Shown here one piece after another: positions 8,139-13,127 of a stretch of 13,127 nt of DNA. The stretch's first letter is position 1; the number at the start of each line of letters is the position of its first letter. Source of the DNA: Selaginella moellendorffii. Lineage: Eukaryota; Plantae; Lycopodiophyta. Location: the NCBI RefSeq assembly GCF_000143415.4, contig NW_003314558.1, positions 1 through 13,127 of the forward strand, written 5' to 3'. The notes under the pieces are model-generated. The model did no database searches, was not told the DNA's origin, and saw only the letters and a list, made by a program, of their open reading frames with translations. Made by a program: the position numbers and the translations under genes.

Positions 8139-8627
8139 AGTGGTGAACGTGACGTTACCCATGGACGGCAGGGAAACAAGCAGGGGCGGAATGTGGTTAC
8201 TGGGACTCCTCCCACCCATTCCGATGCCCCGGGTTTTTCTTCAAGGGGTCCCTTGCACCGGCAATCTCTAACCGTGCTTGGTTCCCAGCCAGCCATGACT
8301 GGCAGAGCTGGCCAACGCCAGTCTCGAGGAAACGGTCGACCCCCACGGTCCCAACCGAACTGGCCAAGCGGCCGAGGGCGCCAGACTACACCACGACCTC
8401 CTCCAGCAGCCCAACAACACCAGCCAACTCAGAACCAGAAACCACCTTCACCTCCCAGAGGACAAGAGATGCAGCCCTCACAGCACCACAACAACACCCC
8501 ACTCCACGAACGAACCCAACGCTATGGCTTGGGAAGAAACTCGCCTCCACAGCAACACCCGCACTCTCAGGTTACGGCAGTGCCTGTGGACAGAAAAGGC
8601 AAGGCAAAAGTTTCTGGCTACCTTTGA
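8139..8627 (+). CDS. C-terminal remnant of PLE ORF1 (Q/P/R/G-rich, low complexity), 5'-truncated
   Basis: The frame is open from the telomeric tract (last stop TAA 8133-8135) to TGA 8625-8627, and it overlaps the RT frame, which is -1 relative to it. Confidence 0.6.
   Translation, partial: SGERDVTHGRQGNKQGRNVVTGTPPTHSDAPGFSSRGPLHRQSLTVLGSQPAMTGRAGQRQSRGNGRPPRSQPNWPSGRGRQTTPRPPPAAQQHQPTQNQKPPSPPRGQEMQPSQHHNNTPLHERTQRYGLGRNSPPQQHPHSQVTAVPVDRKGKAKVSGYL
8171..8230 (+). promoter_or_regulatory. Candidate programmed -1 ribosomal frameshift signal (slippery G GGA AAC, 5-nt spacer, stem-loop)
   Basis: The heptamer 8171-8177 is phased to ORF1. Stem GGGGC/GCCCC plus GGAAUG/CAUUCC plus inner UGGGA/UCCCA spans 8183-8230. 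The -1 frame has no stop from 8153 to the RT stop. Confidence 0.7.
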
Positions 8628-10471
8628 TTGCCCCGCATGAAGCTTTACTTCATTTTGCTGGCAATCAAAAAGTTTCCCAGCTAGAAAATAGAGTGGATAT
8701 TGGTGCTGTTCACAATTTGTCTTCTTGCATGTTGAGTGCCGCTGAAAAGCGCCTCCTTGCTCTTGGGCTCTCATTCATTCCTAATCCAGTGCCTCTCACG
8801 GCCAAAAAGATTATGGAATGCTTAGATGACTTTCAACGCTCAGTCTGTCTTCGTCATTCGTTTAAGGACAGCAACAGTCTTATACCAGAGTTTCGGGTTC
8901 CCAACCCAAACTTTGATCCTCCCCCTGCTTCCTGGCACATGGAGTCACGAGTTGCCCGCATTCGAGAGCACCTTCTCCAACGTCTTTCCTGTTGTAAAAG
9001 ACCTCGATCTTTTCTAAGAGGATGGAGACGTGATGCAGTCCTTGCGCTGCGACACGTTCATAGTATTGTGATTAAGCCAGCCGACAAAAACCTCGGCGTA
9101 GTTGTTCTGGACCGCACGTGGTACATTCAAGAGGCTATGCGCCAACTCAATGATCCTCTTGTCTACAAGAGAGTTGAGTCGATTCCACATCAACCCATGC
9201 ATGAGCGCCTCCTCGAACTTCTCCTGAAGTATAAATCTTGCTCGTGGCTGGACAAGAACACAGCCAAGTACCTCACCACTTTGCCCTCACCTCCACGTAA
9301 AGCTTGTTTGTTGTATTTTCTTCCAAAAATACATAAGCAGCCAATTCGTGGGAGACCAATTGCTAGCTATGTTGGCTACATTTGGGAGCCACTTGCAAAA
9401 TGGCTTCACCGCCAACTTTTTGGCATTCTCCTCCAACAGGAAACCTTTCTTATGGACTCCCACACCCTCCTTCATGATCTTCATAAACAACAGCTCCCAA
9501 AAGACTGCCTCCTCTTCACTTTTGATGACGAGTCGCTCTACCCGAGCATTCCCACACGTGAAGGGCTCTATCGCCTCCATAAATTTGTATATACAAATTT
9601 TGGAGATTCAATGCAAGCACGCTTTATCATGGCTGCTGCAGGACTCATCCTTGAACACAATTATGTTGAGTTCGATGGGAGTTATTTCCTTCAAATCCGA
9701 GGCACTGCTATGGGGTCAAACTTTGCTGTGGTGTATGCTTGCCTTTTTCTTTGCTCCCTCGAGGACGAGTTTAAGGCCACCTCTCCTAAATGGCCAATAT
9801 ATCTTAAGAGATATATTGACGATGGTGTCGGAATTTGGGATGGATCAAAAGAGAGCTTGGAATCTTGGTTGGCTAGCTATGGAAGCCTCTGCAATTCTAT
9901 AAAGATCACCTCAGTGATCTCATTTGAATCTATGGATATTCTAGACATCCATTTTTTCAAAGGCCCACGCTTTGAGAAATGCAGGTGCCTAGACTCCACC
10001 ACCTTTCAAAAGCCACTAAATGCATACCAATATCTTCCATGGAACTCAACGCATCCTCGACACCAAAAGATTGCCTTCATTCGTGCTGAACTTCGGCGTT
10101 ACCTCCTACGAGAGAGTAACCCTGAGAGCTTCTGTGCAATTCGCAAGCTTTTCTATACTCGTCTCCGTGCACGTGGATACCCAAGAGCCTTCCTTATTGA
10201 AGCTTTCCGGACAATCCATTATACGGACCGAGATAATGTGCTCTACTCTCCATCACGCAAATCCAGTAGCAATAGTCTACAGGCCCCCCTCATTTTCAAG
10301 CTGCCTTATACTCTCCATAGTGCAGCACTTGATGTGGGGAACACCCTAAACCCTAAACAGGTGATTTCTGAAGTTCCATCAGACTCACTCCCCAGAGTGA
10401 TCACATGCTGGACACGGTCCCCAAACCTTGCTTCCCACTTGGTTTCAGCGAGACTCCCACCATATGGATAA
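8624..10471 (+). CDS. Penelope-like element reverse transcriptase lacking GIY-YIG endonuclease (frame open from 8153; probably made as an ORF1-RT frameshift fusion)
   Basis: VHNLS..L...E..LL.LGLSFIP, IVIKPADKNLGVVV, LYFLPKIHK..IRGRPI, FDDESLYPSIP, QIRGTAMGS, RYIDD (YIDD 9812-9823), thumb KP...QYLPWNSTHP, RLRARGYP; ends NLASHLVSARLPPYG*. Confidence 0.93.
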   Translation: MIAPHEALLHFAGNQKVSQLENRVDIGAVHNLSSCMLSAAEKRLLALGLSFIPNPVPLTAKKIMECLDDFQRSVCLRHSFKDSNSLIPEFRVPNPNFDPPPASWHMESRVARIREHLLQRLSCCKRPRSFLRGWRRDAVLALRHVHSIVIKPADKNLGVVVLDRTWYIQEAMRQLNDPLVYKRVESIPHQPMHERLLELLLKYKSCSWLDKNTAKYLTTLPSPPRKACLLYFLPKIHKQPIRGRPIASYVGYIWEPLAKWLHRQLFGILLQQETFLMDSHTLLHDLHKQQLPKDCLLFTFDDESLYPSIPTREGLYRLHKFVYTNFGDSMQARFIMAAAGLILEHNYVEFDGSYFLQIRGTAMGSNFAVVYACLFLCSLEDEFKATSPKWPIYLKRYIDDGVGIWDGSKESLESWLASYGSLCNSIKITSVISFESMDILDIHFFKGPRFEKCRCLDSTTFQKPLNAYQYLPWNSTHPRHQKIAFIRAELRRYLLRESNPESFCAIRKLFYTRLRARGYPRAFLIEAFRTIHYTDRDNVLYSPSRKSSSNSLQAPLIFKLPYTLHSAALDVGNTLNPKQVISEVPSDSLPRVITCWTRSPNLASHLVSARLPPYG

Positions 10472-10493
10472 GCTACCTTGGACTTGCCCAAAG

Positions 10494-10812
10494 CTACCTC
10501 TTACAAACTCGGAGTGGAATATTCCTGGAATATTCTGATGCTTTGAAATATTTTTTTTGAGGTTAGCTATTAAACATGATGAGGAACAATTAGGACGTGC
10601 TGCATGGCTGATATCCATCACCATCACCGTTCACAATATACTGCTATGAATAACCTACCTCTTGCAAAGTCGGAGTGGAATATTCCTGAAATATTCTGAT
10701 GCTTTGAAATAACTTTTGAGGTTGGCTATTAAAAATGATAAGGAACAATTAGGACGTGCTGCATGGCTGATATCCATCACCATCACCGTTCACAATATAC
10801 TGCTATGAATAA
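10494..10812 (+). repeat. Tandem duplication of ~160 bp in the PLE 3' UTR
   Basis: 10494-10653 and 10655-10812: ctacctctt.caaa.tcggagtggaatattcc...tgctatgaataa twice. Confidence 0.92.
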
Positions 10813-10853
10813 GCTTCACACCACTAAGCTTGTTTATTTCCTATTTCAGTCTT

Positions 10854-11105
10854 TGAAATTTTCAACTTTTTTGAAATTTCAATTGATTATTATATCTTGT
10901 GCCTTGCACAGTGATATCATTGAAGTTTACATCTATTCTCTACAAACCAAATTTGAGGGAAATATACTGAGCTAATTAAAATCACCACCACCTCTTCTCT
11001 GAAATTTTTCTGAAATTTCAAGGGACTATCACATCTTGTGCCTTGCACAAAGATGTCATTAAAACTCATATTTTATTTTCTACAAACCAAAATTTGTAGA
11101 AAATA
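10854..11105 (+). repeat. Older diverged duplication of ~110 bp in the 3' UTR
   Basis: tgaaatttcaa...atcttgtgccttgcaca...tctacaaaccaaa at about 10854-10964 and 11000-11105. Confidence 0.75.
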
Positions 11106-11121
11106 AACTCATAATAATAGC

Positions 11122-11157
11122 AATCAATACCACCATCATAATCAATACCACCATCAT
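11122..11157 (+). repeat. 18-bp perfect tandem duplication
   Basis: aatcaataccaccatcat twice. Confidence 0.9.
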
Positions 11158-11342
11158 AATATATAAGATAAGTGGCTAGTGACAACCAAGTCTGTGAGGC
11201 TGTTCCTCCAAGCTTGCCTGCTCACACTCCACCACAAGATCTTTGAAGTTCTAAAACAGTTGGATATTTTCAAAGCTTCTTGAATATTCTTAAGGCATCT
11301 GGGTAAAAATAGAGGAAAAGAGGGGCTAGGTTAGACCATTTT

Positions 11343-11404
11343 CATGGCGACTACACCCGGCTGATGAGTCCCAAAAAGGACGAAACCGGTCTCGGGTTGT
11401 CATG
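11343..11404 (+). ncRNA. Type I hammerhead ribozyme (minimal PLE type, palindromic stem III)
   Basis: Stem I ACCCGG/UCGGGU extended by CAUGGCG/UGUCAUG; CUGAUGA 11361-11367; stem II GUCC-caaaaa-GGAC; GAAA 11382-11385; stem III ACCGGU; cleavage triplet GUC 11389-11391. Confidence 0.93.
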
Positions 11405-13127
11405 CCAATGTATTTCCTTTCCCTTTAGTGAATTTTTCATTATAAAGTTTCTCTAGTTTTTCCTCTTATCTGAGATTGCCATAGCTGATCTCTAGCATTC
11501 TTGAGTTCCACTGGATCAAGCAATGTGGAGTGCTTTTGGCTAATTGCAATTCCAAAACCCTAAACCCTAAACCCTAAACCGGTAAACCCTAAACCCTAAA
11601 CCTAAAACCCTAAACCCTAAACCCTAAAAACTGGACACATGAATGCTACAACCCTTTCCAACACCTTATGGACAAACCTTCAAGGAAACAAGGAACCAAC
11701 TTAAGCTTAGCATAATGGACCACCATCGAGAATCCAGTCAAAGCTACTACAATGCTACTTCATGCAAGTAGACTAGCTTCACTATCAACCACTTTGGGGT
11801 TGATCATCATTTAACTAAGCAACTTCGTAAACACATTGCTCATTATCACATGGATATGATACAAAATCACAATGACTTGATCATCAATTGAGCAACACCA
11901 CGAGCAACACCCATGTCATTACTTCAAAGGTTTATGTGAGCATCAAGTGCTAACTCAGTTCGGCAAAATGCAACATAAATGCCACACTCCACCAATAGAG
12001 ATTTACAACACTGAACACCACCAACTTCAGCTCCAGGACTGTTCCAAGTGTCCGTAAAGACTAGTCGACAAGTAACTTTCGATACCCGAAGTCACATTCG
12101 TGACACTTGACTTCGGGTATCGAAAGTTACCTGTCGACCAGTCCTTACGGACACTCTTACCTTACTGCTATGATGGCAGGAGGTCTGTACTGCTGGATCC
12201 CTTTAGTAGCCCCTCTTGTGCTAGTGGAGTTAACTGGGCATTTCGAGTGTACTTAGACCGGACGAGCATAAGGACGGAATTCCTACGTGTTATTAGCTAA
12301 GCATACTTAGCCCGGTAAGGAGTTCCCGTCTCGTTATGTCTTGCACTGGCTAGTGACAAGAACCCTCGCGTATTGAGATTAGTCCCTCAATATCGCTACA
12401 TAATAGCTTACCGTGTCTGCCAAACACCCTCGCTATCATGCCCTTTGTGTTAGTTTCATTTCGGTCCCAAATGCTATTTATGGAAAGTGTCCAGATTTGG
12501 TCATTTGGCATATCTACGGAATGTAGAGATCGGTCTGAACACAATGGTGTTCGTCCCATGTCCAAATTCGCAATCTAAGGACATTCCATATTTAGTAAGT
12601 TTCGAGCTTGTCCTAGAGACTAACTCCTAATACTAAAGGAGGCTTGGGGTGGAAGCCCAAAGCGTGTGTTCCTCAAGGGGGGGGGTTTGTGGGGGGTTCC
12701 AAATGTATAGTAGGGATAGCGGGTAGGTCGGGCATGGCCGACCAACCTAAGGCATAGTCTAGCTCCTACTTGCGTGCCTGTCCATTCAAATGTAGCACAT
12801 GTGGTTTTGACCCTTTATCCTATGGTGATTTACCATAGGATAACACCACAAAACGGAACCAAAACCCTTTTTGTGCCACGTGATAGATGCCACATGTCAC
12901 ATGCCACATGTCCATGCCACGTGTCCATAGGAACCCGAGGTTCAAGGCCTTGGGCCACTGAACGAAGAAACGGTGCCAAACTCCTAAGCGTGAAGCCAAA
13001 GAGTGATAGAACTGACCACGGAGCACTCCCGAGCATACAGCCCAAGGAGTGAAGGGACAGGAGCCCAGAGCGACTTGGAATAGTCCTAGAGCAACCAGCA
13101 TCCCAATGCCAGGACCAGCATGCAAAA
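11390..13127 (+). repeat. Copy 2 of the long direct repeat (matches 1-1696), including the LTR fold-back at about 12047-12155
   Basis: Near-identical sequence and duplicated ORF-track translations (668/12100, 918/12350, 1341/12774). Confidence 0.97.
11558..11628 (+). repeat. Telomeric tract of 10 units including variants CCGGTAAA and CCTAAAA
   Basis: 71 bp, versus 28 bp at the homologous site 169-196. Confidence 0.95.

Larger units (their letters stand above)
8139..11557 (+). mobile_element. Telomere-associated, endonuclease-deficient Penelope-like retroelement (Athena/Coprina-type organisation), 5'-truncated
   Basis: PLE-type RT without GIY-YIG, upstream ORF1 remnant, 3' hammerhead, and C-rich telomeric tracts on the sense strand at both ends. 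Confidence 0.9.

Noticed and set aside
9348-10349. Alternative-frame ORFs inside RT (184 aa, 109 aa) and antisense ORFs
   Set aside because: Shadow frames of the RT gene with no independent motifs.
8624-10471. Telomerase RT, group II intron, retron or LINE RT
   Set aside because: The motif set (ADK, LPKIHK, GTAMGS, YIDD, H-P thumb, RGYP), the size and the 3' hammerhead fit PLEs. No TERT T or CP motifs, APE domain or maturase features were seen.
13005-13030. Clustered differences versus 1575-1600 as real divergence
   Set aside because: Single-base deletions clustered near the window end may be low-quality sequence; cannot be judged without reads.

Overview
Eukaryotic, very probably subtelomeric plant DNA with Arabidopsis-type (CCCTAAA)n tracts, all on the + strand, which places the chromosome end to the left. 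A lycophyte such as Selaginella is a reasonable guess, because telomere-associated endonuclease-deficient Penelope-like elements (PLEs) are known there, but the sequence does not prove it. The core is a 5'-truncated, telomere-capped, endonuclease-less PLE (about 8139-11557). It has an ORF1 remnant, a candidate -1 ribosomal frameshift signal (G GGA AAC plus a hairpin, 8171-8230), a long open reverse transcriptase (RT) frame ending at 10471, a duplicated 3' UTR and a minimal type I hammerhead ribozyme (11343-11404). Upstream lies a co-oriented mosaic of Ty3/gypsy pol pieces and a LINE-like piece, partly separated by telomeric repeats (5548-8138). Further left are inverted LTR copies from a second LTR element (615-3684). 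Positions 1-1696 recur almost identically at 11390-13127, so the whole assembly looks like an ~11.4-kb tandem unit running from hammerhead to hammerhead. No host genes, rRNA, tRNA or CRISPR array were seen.
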